A stretch of DNA of 64,000 bases from Nautiliaceae bacterium (GCA_039831155.1 JBDONT010000043.1:192001-256000); one strand, 5' to 3'. Positions 39,771-51,198 are shown, numbered from the stretch's first letter. Translations and numbers: made by a program. The notes: generated from the letters alone by a model not told the origin.

Positions 39771-41147
39771 TCACCTTGTCAAATAAAAATAGAATTCTTC
39801 ATCATCAAAATAAAACTTAACTTCAATAGCCTTTTTTTCAGCTACCAAACTCTTTAAACTCTCAAGCTCGTCAAACACTTTAGGAAGAGTCATATGAATT
39901 TGCGTATCGTGCTTTGCAAATTCCGTTTTGGTATTACCCACTATTATATTTGCAAATTCAGAGACAATATCGTGGAGTTCTTCTTTGTCTTTCGGTTTTT
40001 CCCCTAAAAGAATTTCGGCAATTTTTTCAGTCAATTTTTCACTAAAAATTAAAACCACCATTCCATCTATATCACCGTAAAACCCAAGACCGCTTGCCAC
40101 ATACTTAGTCGATTCCAAATCAAGCTGGATTTTTGTAAGTTCGGGTTTTTCTTTTTTAGCTTTAATTCCCGTCATCATCTCTATAGTATCAATAGTGGAA
40201 TTGATAAAATAAGGCAATAAATTAACTAAATCTTTTGTAATTCTTTTTTGTTTTTTATAGATAACATCCATATTTCCAATAGCTTCTTTTAAAGCGTCCG
40301 AATTTAAAAGCTCTTCTTCGTGTGCAAAAAATAAAAACCCGACATCCTCTAAATCCTGCAACATTCTTTTTTGAATGTTTTTTGCACTAAGTCCTACAAT
40401 AGCCATTAAGGCCCCATACTCTGCACTTTCAACTCCAAGTTTTGAGAGAAAATTAACGGCGTGAATGTTTAAACCTTTAACGTTTGACATATCAAAAATA
40501 AAAACTTTAAACCCTATGCTAAGACTTCTTCTAAAATACTCCATATCAAATTTGTGAGAAACGCTGGTATCTAAAAAGCCGTCAAAATAGAAATAAATCA
40601 TATTGTTTTTTACAACGGCACTAACTCTATCTGCAAATTTGGAAATTAAACTATCTTTTATAATAACTGCTTTGCTTTTATCTTTAATAGCATCCAAAGA
40701 ATCTACAATTACCGGAAAATAACCCTTTTTTACCAGATTATAAATAATTAAATTTTTATTTTCGTCATTATTCATACAACAAAGATAAATGTTTTTTTCC
40801 ACCAGCTCTTCACTGGTAAAAACCTTCTCAACCTCTTCCGATTCATAAACGTTAAAATATCTGTTCTCAAGTTTTGAGACCAAATTAAAAACGTTTTTAT
40901 TAAGATTAAAAAAACAGCACTCTATATCTTTTTTATACAAAGTCTCAAAAATATCGTTTAAAAATCTTATTGCGTTAATATTCGCACTTATAACTTTTTT
41001 AAAGTCTATACTGACGTATTTTATGTTTTTTTTGACTAGATTATTAATATCGTTTGGAGTGATAATCAAAGAAGCGTTACTTGCATCCAAAAAACCTTGA
41101 GGTCTATAGTAGACCTTTTTACCTATAAAACTTTTAACAACCCCCAT
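39771..41147 (-). CDS. STAS-like repeats fused to a CheX/CheC-family phosphatase domain
   Basis: two G-FLD...D STAS-like segments; C-terminal GFYGDIDG...SEFANIIVG...LP. Confidence 0.7.
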   Translation of the reverse strand: MGVVKSFIGKKVYYRPQGFLDASNASLIITPNDINNLVKKNIKYVSIDFKKVISANINAIRFLNDIFETLYKKDIECCFFNLNKNVFNLVSKLENRYFNVYESEEVEKVFTSEELVEKNIYLCCMNNDENKNLIIYNLVKKGYFPVIVDSLDAIKDKSKAVIIKDSLISKFADRVSAVVKNNMIYFYFDGFLDTSVSHKFDMEYFRRSLSIGFKVFIFDMSNVKGLNIHAVNFLSKLGVESAEYGALMAIVGLSAKNIQKRMLQDLEDVGFLFFAHEEELLNSDALKEAIGNMDVIYKKQKRITKDLVNLLPYFINSTIDTIEMMTGIKAKKEKPELTKIQLDLESTKYVASGLGFYGDIDGMVVLIFSEKLTEKIAEILLGEKPKDKEELHDIVSEFANIIVGNTKTEFAKHDTQIHMTLPKVFDELESLKSLVAEKKAIEVKFYFDDEEFYFYLTR

Positions 41148-42550
41148 TACTCTTCCAGTTCCTTTAGTGTCGTTACAAGAGCCTGAAGTTTGTTTTTAAC
41201 CTCTTTATACTCAAATTTCTCTTTAGAATCGGCTACAACTCCGGCACCTGCTTGGAAAATAATCTCATCTCCTTTAATCAGTGCCGTTCTTATGGTAATA
41301 GCCGTATCCATATTGCCGTCAAACCCAAAATACCCGATACTTCCGGCATAATAGCCTCTTTTTAATCCTTCATATTTTGCAATAAGCTCCATTGCTTTAA
41401 TTTTTGGAGCTCCGGTCATCGTTCCTGCCGTAAAAGTCGCTTTAAATAAATCAAACATATCGTATTTATCATCAAGTTCTCCTACAACATCACTTACCAT
41501 ATGCATAACGTGAGAATATCTCTCAACTCTCATAAGTTCCTCAACCTTTACACTTCCGGCTTTACTTACACGCCCTACGTCGTTTCTTCCCAAATCTACA
41601 AGCATAATGTGTTCTGCCACTTCTTTTGGGTCATTAATCATCTCTTCTTCAAGTTCCAAATCTCTTTTTAAATTCTCTCCTCTTTTTCTAGTCCCGGCAA
41701 TCGGTCTTAAAAGAATCATATTATCGTTTAATCTAACCATAACTTCCGGAGAACTTCCAATAATTGCAAAACCGTCAATATCTAAAAAGTAAAGATAAGG
41801 AGAAGGATTTTTACTTCTAAGTTTTCTATAAAACGAAAACCTATCTACAATCGCTTTTACTTTTAATCTATTAGATAAAACTATCTGAAAAATATCTCCG
41901 TTTTTTATATGTTCTTTCGCAACTCTTACCATTTCAAAAAATTTCTCTTGAGAAAAAACAAATTTAGGTTCTTTTAAAATTTTGGCTTTTTTTAACGGCA
42001 GATGTTTATAAGAAGAGTTAATCACATCCTTTATAATATAAAGATAGTCTTTATAGCTTTCATCATTAATAATAACCGTTAATTCCGATGATTTATGAGA
42101 AAAACCCAAAACGATTTTAGGTCTTATCATATAAAAATCAGGTATATCGGTTTCGTCTTTTAAATTATCCATTACATTTTTTAAAACCGGCTCAAACACT
42201 TTTACCATATCATAACCGATATACCCTACAAATCCGTCTACAAAGCCTATTTTTAATTTTTTTGCAATCTCTTTGTAAGAATTAAAATCAATTTTTTTAT
42301 AATACTCTTTCATAAAAGAAAAAGGGTCTGTATTAAAAACTTTCTCTTCTTTTCCGTCAAAATAATATGTCTTTTCATCTTTGTATTTAATTCTTTCTCT
42401 CTCTCCTACAAACAAAAACGTATAATTTCCGTCACTGTTATTAATAACGCTTTCAAATAAAAAAAGTCTCTCATTTTTAAAAAGAGTTTTTATTTGGTTG
42501 TAAATGGTAATCGGAAAAAATTCATCCACTAAAAACTTATCGTAAACCAT
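41147..42550 (-). CDS. trpE: anthranilate synthase component I
   Basis: NPSPY, GSSPE, PIAGT, EHIMLVDLGRND, TGAPK. Confidence 0.92.
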   Translation of the reverse strand: MVYDKFLVDEFFPITIYNQIKTLFKNERLFLFESVINNSDGNYTFLFVGERERIKYKDEKTYYFDGKEEKVFNTDPFSFMKEYYKKIDFNSYKEIAKKLKIGFVDGFVGYIGYDMVKVFEPVLKNVMDNLKDETDIPDFYMIRPKIVLGFSHKSSELTVIINDESYKDYLYIIKDVINSSYKHLPLKKAKILKEPKFVFSQEKFFEMVRVAKEHIKNGDIFQIVLSNRLKVKAIVDRFSFYRKLRSKNPSPYLYFLDIDGFAIIGSSPEVMVRLNDNMILLRPIAGTRKRGENLKRDLELEEEMINDPKEVAEHIMLVDLGRNDVGRVSKAGSVKVEELMRVERYSHVMHMVSDVVGELDDKYDMFDLFKATFTAGTMTGAPKIKAMELIAKYEGLKRGYYAGSIGYFGFDGNMDTAITIRTALIKGDEIIFQAGAGVVADSKEKFEYKEVKNKLQALVTTLKELEE

Positions 42551-43215
42551 TATTTTACCTTATAAATAAAAGCGTTTTGAGTAATAGTGTCTTTTACTTT
42601 CTTAAGCTCTTTTTTTACTTCATCTTTTGTAAAAGGACCTATTAAAACTTTTACTATTTCTATTTTCTTACCGTCTTTTACATAATAAGTGTGATAAAGT
42701 TTATAATCAAATCCCTCTTTTTTTATAAGCTCTAAAAATCTTTTATTCGGTTTTTTATGTTTAATAAGAGCAGCCACTTGAATATAATAGTTTGCTTTAG
42801 GGGTTTGTTTTTTAACTTCTTTTACCTCTTCAACTTTAGGTTTTTCTTCTTTAACCTGCTTTTCTTTCGGTTGAGTTTCTTTTACTTGAGGCTCTGGTTG
42901 CTGGATAGGCAAAGTTTTTTCTTTTTTCTCTTCATTTGCTATTAATTTATCGGCCAATGTAGTATCATTCTTTTCTTCTACATTGGTATCCGTATCAATC
43001 GGTACGTCTTTAAACATATCATCGTTATTTTTTTGTTGATTTTCTTCAATTTGAGGTGGAAGTACCACGTTTTCGTTTTTAGAAGTCGGATTAAAAAGAG
43101 CGAACACCACTACCCCTATAATAAATACAAACAGCCCGGCAGCTCCGTAAATTAAAGGCTTTTTTAAGTTTTTTTTACCGTTTTCATCTAAATTCAAAAA
43201 ATCATCTCCTGCCAT
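42550..43215 (-). CDS. SPOR-domain membrane-anchored protein
   Basis: TM helix, low-complexity linker, YYIQVAA...KVLIGPF. Confidence 0.82.
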   Translation of the reverse strand: MAGDDFLNLDENGKKNLKKPLIYGAAGLFVFIIGVVVFALFNPTSKNENVVLPPQIEENQQKNNDDMFKDVPIDTDTNVEEKNDTTLADKLIANEEKKEKTLPIQQPEPQVKETQPKEKQVKEEKPKVEEVKEVKKQTPKANYYIQVAALIKHKKPNKRFLELIKKEGFDYKLYHTYYVKDGKKIEIVKVLIGPFTKDEVKKELKKVKDTITQNAFIYKVK

Positions 43216-43227
43216 TTTATCTCCTTT

Positions 43228-43776
43228 TTACATATGACGAGCCCAAGAAGCCCCTCTTTCTTTTTTATAAAGCCCATAAGGCAAATTTAAAATATTAAAT
43301 TCACTAGGCAATTCATCCGTTGGAAACACTCTCCACTGTTTTGGAAGCTTTGTAGCAAGTTTCATTGAAAGTGCTTTTCCAAGCTGAATAGCTTCATTAA
43401 GCGTAGTATGCCCCTTATGAATATAAAGGTGCAAATGTCCCGGTGTTTTTGAATTATATGCTGTAAAATTTAAAAATCCTTCTTCTCTTAAAAGTAAACT
43501 AGCCCTATTCCAAAATCTCTCCGGGTCTCTTCCGTTATAATCAAATACGATATTTTCAACTATATTTCTATCTCTGTTGATTAAATCGTGAGCAACTATT
43601 ATTTTTCTCTCTATATGCTCGTTTATTACCTGAAAAGTCAAAGGTTTTTCAATTTTTTCATATTTATCAAAAAACATCCTACCTTTATAAACAATCTTAT
43701 TGACAATTGTACCTTTATATTCATAATAGTAACGTTTATTCATTTTAATAAGCGAAATATCAACCGTATAAGCCAC
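43228..43776 (-). CDS. DUF1882-family protein
   Basis: IVFDYNGR, SKTPGHLHLY, KERGASW; downstream of glyA as in Campylobacterota. Confidence 0.8.
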   Translation of the reverse strand: MAYTVDISLIKMNKRYYYEYKGTIVNKIVYKGRMFFDKYEKIEKPLTFQVINEHIERKIIVAHDLINRDRNIVENIVFDYNGRDPERFWNRASLLLREEGFLNFTAYNSKTPGHLHLYIHKGHTTLNEAIQLGKALSMKLATKLPKQWRVFPTDELPSEFNILNLPYGLYKKERGASWARHM

Positions 43777-43794
43777 TTTTTCTCCTTTTGTAAC

Positions 43795-43813
43795 TAGGAG
43801 GAAAAACCTCCTA
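43795..43813 (-). terminator. hairpin after glyA
   Basis: TAGGAGG-N5-CCTCCTA; no U-tract follows on the minus strand. Confidence 0.5.
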
Positions 43814-43818
43814 AAAAT

Positions 43819-45069
43819 TTAATAAGTCGGTCTGTCGTAAATTACGAATTTGCTTGCAAGTTCTTTAAGTTCTGCCGCTACTTTTTCTTGAAGTTCAAGA
43901 TTATAAATATCATCAAGAACGTCTGCTATTCTTGTAGCTATAAGTCTGAATTCATCCTCTTTCATACCTCTAGCAGTAAGTGCCGGGCTTCCGATTCTAA
44001 TACCAGAAGTAACAAAAGGACTTCTTTTTTCACCAGGAACTGTGTTTTTATTTACGGTAATTCCGGCTCTTCCTAATGCTTCTTCCGCTTCTTTTCCACT
44101 AAATTCTTTATTTAGGAAACTTACAAGCACTAAGTGATTGTCAGTACCTCCACTTACGATATCATAGCCTCTCTCAAGAAGTACTTCTGCAAGTACTTTT
44201 GCGTTTTTCTTAACTTGTTTAGCATAATCCTTCCAACTATCTTCAAGGTTCATTTTAAACCCTACTGCTTTTGCGGCAATTACGTGTACAAGTGGTCCTC
44301 CTTGGATTCCAGGGAATATTGCACTGTTGATTTTTTTAGCGTATTCTTCGTTGTTTGTAAGGATAAGCCCTCCTCTTGGACCTCTTAGAGTTTTGTGAGT
44401 TGTAGTTGTTACTACATCACAATGAGGGAACGGATTCGGATGTTCGCCTGCTACTACAAGCCCAGCAATATGAGCGATATCTGCCATTAAAATAGCACCT
44501 ATTTCATCGGCGATTTCTCTAAATTTTACAAAGTCAATCTCTCTTGGATATGCACTCGCACCGCAAACAATCATTTTCGGTTTAGTAATTTTTGCAATAT
44601 CTCTTACTCTATCGTAATCGATTCTTCCTGTTTTTTCATCAATTCCGTAAGAGAAACTATGATAATGTTTACCGGAAAAGTTAACTTTAGCACCGTGAGT
44701 TAAATGTCCTCCGTTGCTTAAATCCATTCCAAGTAATTTATCAAGCGGTTTTAAAAGTGCAACATACACGGCTCCATTTGCTTGAGAACCACTATGTGGC
44801 TGAACGTTTGCATATTCACATCCGAATAGTTTTTTTGCTCTGTCAATTGCAAGTTGTTCTATTAAATCCGCATACTCACAACCACCGTAATATCTTTTAT
44901 TAGGATAACCTTCGGCATATTTATTAGTAAACACACTCCCCATAGCTTCCATAACTTCCGGAAGAGTAAAGTTTTCACTCGCTATCATTTCAAGATGGTC
45001 CGTTTGTCTTTTTAACTCTTTTTCCAAAATCGAATAAACATCTTGGTCGTAATTTTTAAGTAAACTCAT
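43819..45069 (-). CDS. glyA: serine hydroxymethyltransferase
   Basis: [32 protein letters not shown]. Confidence 0.98.
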   Translation of the reverse strand: MSLLKNYDQDVYSILEKELKRQTDHLEMIASENFTLPEVMEAMGSVFTNKYAEGYPNKRYYGGCEYADLIEQLAIDRAKKLFGCEYANVQPHSGSQANGAVYVALLKPLDKLLGMDLSNGGHLTHGAKVNFSGKHYHSFSYGIDEKTGRIDYDRVRDIAKITKPKMIVCGASAYPREIDFVKFREIADEIGAILMADIAHIAGLVVAGEHPNPFPHCDVVTTTTHKTLRGPRGGLILTNNEEYAKKINSAIFPGIQGGPLVHVIAAKAVGFKMNLEDSWKDYAKQVKKNAKVLAEVLLERGYDIVSGGTDNHLVLVSFLNKEFSGKEAEEALGRAGITVNKNTVPGEKRSPFVTSGIRIGSPALTARGMKEDEFRLIATRIADVLDDIYNLELQEKVAAELKELASKFVIYDRPTY

Positions 45070-45120
45070 TATATCTCCTTTTTTAAATTTAATAAAAACA
45101 TTTTAACAAAAAACATCTGA

Positions 45121-46629
45121 TTAATGAATATCATCTCTGTCTTTTATCTCTTTTTTCGGTTTCATTGTCGGGAATAAGATTACGTCTTTAATAGAATGTG
45201 CGTTAGTTAAAAGCATTACAAGTCTGTCAATTCCTATTCCCTCCCCTGCAGTAGGAGGCATTCCGTATTGAAGTGCACGGATATAGTCATAATCCATATC
45301 CATTCCCTCTTCATCACCTTTGGCTTTTGCTTCAAGTTGTGCTTTAAATCTTTCATACTGGTCAACCGGGTCATTTAGTTCGTTAAATCCGTTTGCAATT
45401 TCGCGTCCGGCAATAAACAGTTCAAATCTCTCTGCAATCTCCGGATTTTCGTCACTTCTTCTGGCAAGTGGTGAAATATCAATAGGAAAATCAGTTACAA
45501 AAGTAGGATTTATAAGTTTATCTTCAACAAACTCATCAAAAAGTTCGGCCCAAAGCTTACCTTTGCTATCGATATGTTCTTCTAATTCAACTCCGTTTTC
45601 TTTTAAATATTTTTTCATAGCTTCAACATCTTCAAGAATGTTTTCCGGGACTTTTCCTATCTCAACCAAAGCGTCACGGTAAGATACGGTTTTCCAGTCG
45701 TCAAAATCAATCACCATATCCCCGTAAGGAAGTTTTTTAGGTAGGTTAAGTTTTTCAAACAGATAATCAAAAAGCTCTTTTGTAATTTTCATTAAATCTT
45801 CTTTGGTATGATAAGCCCAGTAAAACTCTATCATCGTAAATTCCGGATTATGGGTGTGGTCTATTCCTTCGTTTCTAAAGTTTCTGTTTATCTCAAAAAC
45901 AGCTTCAAATCCACCTACGATTAATCTTTTTAAAAACAGCTCCGGTGCGATTCTAAGGTTCATATCGATATCAAGAGCGTTATGATGAGTCATAAAAGGT
46001 CTTGCGTTAGCCCCACCCACAACCGTATGAAGCATAGGGGTCTCAACTTCAAGAAAACCTTTACTTAAGAAAAACTCCCTTACAAGACTTACGATTTGAC
46101 TTCTTAACTTAAATCTGTCACGCGTTTCTTTATTCATAATCATATCAAGGTATCTTTGACGATACTTAGTTTCAATATCCTGAAGACCGTGGAATTTTTC
46201 CGGCAGCGGATGGATAGCTTTTGTAAGGATTTTTACATCATCCGCGTGAATAGAAAGTTCACCCGTTTTAGTAACGAAAGGGTACCCCGTTACTTCTACG
46301 ATATCCCCAACTTCTAAATTTTTCTTTAAGATATTAAACTTATCGCCCAAGTCGTTTTTTGACATATAAACTTGTAAAATTCCGTTCATATCTTCAATTT
46401 TAAAAAATGCGGCTTTTCCCATAAGTCTTAAAAACTTAACACGTCCTGCCACCGTAAATTTACGAGATTCGTCTCTTCTGTTTTCAAGTTCCAAAACATC
46501 TTTGTTTTTTTCCAAAAACTCTGTAACGGTTGTATTTCTTTGAGAATTATGCCCGTAAGGATTGATTCCCAGCTCTTTTAAAGTTTGAGCTTTTTGCATT
46601 CTTTGTTTTACGTATTCATTACTAAACAT
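45121..46629 (-). CDS. lysS: lysine--tRNA ligase
   Basis: [33 protein letters not shown]. Confidence 0.97.
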   Translation of the reverse strand: MFSNEYVKQRMQKAQTLKELGINPYGHNSQRNTTVTEFLEKNKDVLELENRRDESRKFTVAGRVKFLRLMGKAAFFKIEDMNGILQVYMSKNDLGDKFNILKKNLEVGDIVEVTGYPFVTKTGELSIHADDVKILTKAIHPLPEKFHGLQDIETKYRQRYLDMIMNKETRDRFKLRSQIVSLVREFFLSKGFLEVETPMLHTVVGGANARPFMTHHNALDIDMNLRIAPELFLKRLIVGGFEAVFEINRNFRNEGIDHTHNPEFTMIEFYWAYHTKEDLMKITKELFDYLFEKLNLPKKLPYGDMVIDFDDWKTVSYRDALVEIGKVPENILEDVEAMKKYLKENGVELEEHIDSKGKLWAELFDEFVEDKLINPTFVTDFPIDISPLARRSDENPEIAERFELFIAGREIANGFNELNDPVDQYERFKAQLEAKAKGDEEGMDMDYDYIRALQYGMPPTAGEGIGIDRLVMLLTNAHSIKDVILFPTMKPKKEIKDRDDIH

Positions 46630-46651
46630 CTACATCCTTTAGATTTTTTAA

Positions 46652-47170
46652 TTATGTAATTTTAACATTTTTAGTGATTTTTTCTAAATCTTGAGGTGTT
46701 ATATTAATAACTTTTTTCCCCGTCTTTACCAAAATAGGAAAAATCATACTATTAGAAATATACGGCTTCAACTTTTCATTAATAAAAGCCACTTGAGAAA
46801 GCATTGCGACTATTACACTTACAAGCAAAAAAAACTTAGCCCCGGCAAATAAAAATCCTAAGCTCTTATCAAGCCACCCTAAAGCACTGATTTTTAATAT
46901 TTTCCCAAGTAAATATCCTATAAAAACACTCACAACCCAAAATCCGAAAAAAACCGCTATAAAACCAACTAGAGAAATCGCAGATTTATTAGGGATTTGA
47001 AAAAGATTTTCGTTGATGTAAACTCCGGCCTGGGAATAAAACTTAGAAGCTAAAATCAAACCTCCTATAATCCCTACAAGCCCGGCTATCTCCTTTACAA
47101 CTCCGTTAAAAAAACCTCTTATCGCCAAAAGTAACGTAATAACAATAATAATCGCATCAAAATAGTTCAT
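46652..47170 (-). CDS. CvpA-family membrane protein
   Basis: MNYFD...RGF..G..KE, LDK.LG..F. Confidence 0.85.
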   Translation of the reverse strand: MNYFDAIIIVITLLLAIRGFFNGVVKEIAGLVGIIGGLILASKFYSQAGVYINENLFQIPNKSAISLVGFIAVFFGFWVVSVFIGYLLGKILKISALGWLDKSLGFLFAGAKFFLLVSVIVAMLSQVAFINEKLKPYISNSMIFPILVKTGKKVINITPQDLEKITKNVKIT

Positions 47171-47171
47171 T

Positions 47172-48045
47172 TTATTCCTTTACAACAAAAGTATTTTTAG
47201 TTTTTTTTAGCTTCTCTTAAAGCTTCATCCGCTTTTTGAAGAAAGCTATCCGCATCATATCCTTTTTTACATACCGTCATACCACCGGATAAAGACAATT
47301 TTATAAAATCTTCTTTATACTTAAAAGAAGTTTTATTTATCTTTTCTAAAGTATTTTTCATTACTTTTTTTGCATCGTTTATTGATGTACAATTAAAAAT
47401 TATAACAAATTCATTCCCTCCGTATCTACAAACAATTTCTCCTTTTTTCAAAAAATTTTTTAAAATTTCCGCTATTTTAATCAAAACGAAATCTCCCACC
47501 AAATGACCGTAAATTTCATTTACTTTTTTGAACTCATCCAAATCCACAATAGCCAATATAAAATTCGAATCGTTTATTTTTTCATTTAAAAATTTTCTTA
47601 AGGCTTTGGAATTATAAACTCTTGTTAAAGGGTCTATTAAAAGCTCTTTATAAGCTTTGTTTAACTCTTTTTCAAGTTCGCATATAGTGTGCTCTAATTT
47701 ATTGATTTTATCAATCAAAGAACCGCTAAATTTTAAAATTAAAGCTTTAATTTCATCAACTTCAATAGGTTCTATTTTTTCGACAAACTCTTTTGAATGT
47801 TCTTTTATCTCTTTTGAAATGGTTGAAATTTCTTTAATATTTAAAGCGGTTTTATTTAAAAACTCTTCATTAAATTCATCAATACACATAAGTTTAGGAT
47901 TCAGTTCATCAAAAATCCCCTCCTTTTTTGCAAGCTCTACAAACACGTTTCTATAATAAAAAGAATAAAAAGGATACGGGGCTTTGTGAGCCTTTTTCAA
48001 TTCTTCAAGCACTTTTTGAGAAATTTTTAAAATAATTTCTTCCAT
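47172..48045 (-). pseudogene. degenerate GGDEF-domain protein with a 3' frameshift
   Basis: DPLT, DLDEFKKVN.YGH..GD, RYGGNEF; ORF stops at 47197 after an A8 run, whereas A7 would extend it (KTKNTFVVKE*) to 47172. Confidence 0.65.
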
Positions 48046-48110
48046 TATTTAGCCTTTTTTGTTACTATAAATCAAAATTTTTCGAATTATACAAAAATAA
48101 AGGAGATATA

Positions 48111-49157
48111 TTGAGATTAACCAAACAAGAAGCCATAGACTTACTTAAAAACGAAGATTTAATAACCCTTGGAAAAATGGCTTTGGCAAAAAAAAGAGAA
48201 CTCCACCCTAAAAAAATAACCACTTTTATAGTAGACAGAAACATAAACTATACCAATATCTGCTGGGTGGATTGTAAATTCTGTGCATTTTACAGACACA
48301 AAAAAGATAAAGAGGCTTATATTTTAAGTTTTAAAGAGATTGACAAAAAAATAGAAGAGTTAATCGAAATAGGAGGTACTCAAATTCTATTTCAAGGAGG
48401 GGTTCATCCTAATTTAAAAATAGATTTTTACGAAAATTTAGTAGAACATATCCACAAAAAATATCCTCAAATAACAATTCACGGATTTTCAGCCCCGGAG
48501 ATTGATTACATATCAAAAATTTCAAGAATTTCCGTTAAAGAAGTTCTTGAGAGATTAAAAGAAAAAGGTCTAAGCTCAATCCCAGGAGCCGGAGCCGAAA
48601 TTTTAAGTGACAGAGTAAGAAATATAATAGCCCCTAAAAAAATAAGCTCCGATAGATGGCTTGAAATTCACAAAACAGCCCATAAAATCGGAATGAAAAC
48701 CACTGCCACTATGATGTTCGGAACGGTTGAGACGATAGAAGAAGTGGTGGAACACTGGGAAAAAATAAGAAATCTTCAAGATGAAACGGGAGGATTTAGG
48801 GCTTTTATTATGTGGTCTTTCCAACCGAAAAACACAGCCCTTTACAAAGAAGGAATAGTAAAACATAAAACATCATCAAACAGATATTTAAGATATTTAG
48901 CGGTTAGCAGACTCTTTCTTGATAACTTCAAAAACATCCAAAGCTCCTGGGTTACTCAAGGAAGTTACATAGGTCAACTGGCCCTAAAATACGGAGCAAA
49001 CGATTTAGGCTCTACAATGATGGAAGAGAATGTGGTAAGAAGTGCCGGTGCTCAAAATCAAATGAACCAAAAAGAGATGATAGAACTAATAAAAGACGTA
49101 GGGGAAATTCCGGCAAAAAGAAACACGGCTTATGAAATACTTGAGATTTTTAATTAA
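48111..49157 (+). CDS. mqnC: dehypoxanthine futalosine cyclase (radical SAM)
   Basis: DRNINYTNICWVDCKFCAF, QGGVHP, PGAGAEIL, MMEENVV. Confidence 0.9.
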   Translation: MRLTKQEAIDLLKNEDLITLGKMALAKKRELHPKKITTFIVDRNINYTNICWVDCKFCAFYRHKKDKEAYILSFKEIDKKIEELIEIGGTQILFQGGVHPNLKIDFYENLVEHIHKKYPQITIHGFSAPEIDYISKISRISVKEVLERLKEKGLSSIPGAGAEILSDRVRNIIAPKKISSDRWLEIHKTAHKIGMKTTATMMFGTVETIEEVVEHWEKIRNLQDETGGFRAFIMWSFQPKNTALYKEGIVKHKTSSNRYLRYLAVSRLFLDNFKNIQSSWVTQGSYIGQLALKYGANDLGSTMMEENVVRSAGAQNQMNQKEMIELIKDVGEIPAKRNTAYEILEIFN

Positions 49158-49926
49158 ATTCAATCTCTTTTGAGAGTTTAAAAAACTTCCACTCTCTTCT
49201 TGAATCTTTAATAAACTCTTTATCGATATAGCTTATTAATAGTTCTTCTTTTGAGCCTAGAGAATTTACCAAATTTCCATCAGAATCGACTATAAAACTT
49301 TTACCGTAAAACTCCCACTCTTTCCAACTACCGACTCTATTAACCCTGGCTACGTATATATTTTTTATAAATGCAAAACTCTTTAACATCTCATACCATC
49401 TTTTATGAGAATTAAAAGTCCCCACACTGCAAATTACAGCCAAATCAACTCTTTTTTGAAAGAAATAATCCCAAAACTGTGTAAAATGAGACTCAAATCC
49501 GAACATAGCCCCGACTCTTATTTTACCTATGCTAAAAACAAGAGGTTTATTTTCTTTTGTATCAAAAAAAGCCGCTTCATTCCAGTGAGAATAAGGCATT
49601 AAAACGTTTTGATAATAATACCTTGCTTTTCCGTTGTGAAATTTAACCAACGCTTTATATTTTTTGTTTCCTTTAATTACAACTAAAGGAGCCAAAATTA
49701 CTATATTATAAGCAAGAGAGAGTTTTTTCAAAAGTTTCGTTTGATGTTTTGTCTGGTCTTTTATAAAATTAATAGGAGTCGTTTCTAAATCCTTAAAAAA
49801 TCTATTAAGTACATATTCCGGCAAGACGAACAGTTTTGCGTTTTCTCTTTTTGCAATATTTAAATAGTAATTAAGCTTAGCTTTATCAAACGGAAGTTCG
49901 GCACTTTGTAAAAGAGCTATTTTCAT
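49150..49926 (-). CDS. carbon-nitrogen hydrolase family protein
   Basis: LPEY, GFESHF, VNRVG, FYGKS. Confidence 0.82.
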   Translation of the reverse strand: MKIALLQSAELPFDKAKLNYYLNIAKRENAKLFVLPEYVLNRFFKDLETTPINFIKDQTKHQTKLLKKLSLAYNIVILAPLVVIKGNKKYKALVKFHNGKARYYYQNVLMPYSHWNEAAFFDTKENKPLVFSIGKIRVGAMFGFESHFTQFWDYFFQKRVDLAVICSVGTFNSHKRWYEMLKSFAFIKNIYVARVNRVGSWKEWEFYGKSFIVDSDGNLVNSLGSKEELLISYIDKEFIKDSRREWKFFKLSKEIEFN

Positions 49927-50096
49927 TTTATTTCTTCAAATTCAAGTTTTGCCTCTTCTATCATTCTTGTAGCTTCTTCTAAAAGTTTTATTCCTTTTTT
50001 ATAATACTGCATCGCTTCATAAAGAGTAATTTCCGGGTCGTTTAGCTTATCCAAAAGTTCTTTCGCCTCTTTTAGTTTTTTTTCGAAATCTTCCAT
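49923..50096 (-). CDS. xseB: exodeoxyribonuclease VII small subunit (57 aa, below ORF-track cutoff)
   Basis: MEDFEKKLKEAKELLDKLNDPEITLYEAMQLYKKGIKLLEEA...; fills the gap between metX and the hydrolase with ATGA overlap. Confidence 0.88.
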   Translation of the reverse strand: MEDFEKKLKEAKELLDKLNDPEITLYEAMQYYKKGIKLLEEATRMIEEAKLEFEEIK

Positions 50097-50097
50097 T

Positions 50098-51198
50098 TTA
50101 GTCCTTTAAAATATCTTTAATAATAAAATCGAATTTATCAAGCTCAACCAAAAAACTATCGTGTCCGTAATCACTCTCTATTTCGTAATAATTACAATCT
50201 CCCCCCACTTTATCCATATAAACCTTTATATCCCTCATCTCTTGAGGAAAAAACAGAGTATCCCCACTAAACGATATTAAATGCATTTTATCGGTAATTT
50301 GAGAAAAAGCGTCCTCTAAAGAGTTAAATCCTCTGCTTATATCAAAAAGAGAGATAGCTTTTAATATGTAAATATAACTCAAAGGGTCAAACCATTTAGG
50401 AAACATAGCCCCGTTATATTCTAAATAACTCTCAACCTGAAAACGCCCGAAAAGCTCAAACATTCCGTCAGTTTTTACGTATTCTCTTCCAAATTTTCTC
50501 TCAAACGTTTTTGGCGAAATATAGTTTAAATACCCTATCATCCTAGCGGCTGCCAAACCTTTTAAACCTTTTCTTTTAATCTCATCCGAGTCATAATTTC
50601 CGTTTTTAAATTCACAATCCGCCCTAATAGCCTCTATCATCGATTTATTAATAGCTATTACGTAAGGTTTTGTTTGATAAGTAGTCGCTATAGGCACTAT
50701 GTTTTCGCAAAATCCCGGAAAATCAACGGCAAACCTTAAAGCCTGCATTCCCCCCATACTACCGCCTATAACGGCTTTTATGTGTCTTATACCAAGAGAA
50801 TCTAATAAAATTTTTTGAGCTTTTACCATATCTTTTATAGTAATTACCGGGAATTTCAATCTGTATCTCTCACTGCTTCCCGGATACATAGGAGACATAG
50901 GAGAAGTTGACCCGAAACAACTCCCTATTACGTTTGTGGAAATTACAAAATATTTAGTAGTATCAATAGCTTTTCCATCTCCTATAAGCCCGTCCCACCA
51001 TCCCGGTTTTCTATCACCTTCATACATCCCGGCTGCGTGATGAGACCCTGAAAGGGCGTGGGTAATTAATACTACGTTGTTCTTTTTTTCATTAAGCTCC
51101 CCATATGTTTCATATATAATCTGCCACGGCTCTAATATTCTACCACTCTCAAGATACAAGGGTTTAGTAAAACGAGCTATTTTTGTTTCAAGTTTCAT
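50098..51198 (-). CDS. metX: homoserine O-acetyltransferase
   Basis: HALSG, GWWD, GGSMGG, GHDSFL. Confidence 0.95.
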   Translation of the reverse strand: MKLETKIARFTKPLYLESGRILEPWQIIYETYGELNEKKNNVVLITHALSGSHHAAGMYEGDRKPGWWDGLIGDGKAIDTTKYFVISTNVIGSCFGSTSPMSPMYPGSSERYRLKFPVITIKDMVKAQKILLDSLGIRHIKAVIGGSMGGMQALRFAVDFPGFCENIVPIATTYQTKPYVIAINKSMIEAIRADCEFKNGNYDSDEIKRKGLKGLAAARMIGYLNYISPKTFERKFGREYVKTDGMFELFGRFQVESYLEYNGAMFPKWFDPLSYIYILKAISLFDISRGFNSLEDAFSQITDKMHLISFSGDTLFFPQEMRDIKVYMDKVGGDCNYYEIESDYGHDSFLVELDKFDFIIKDILKD

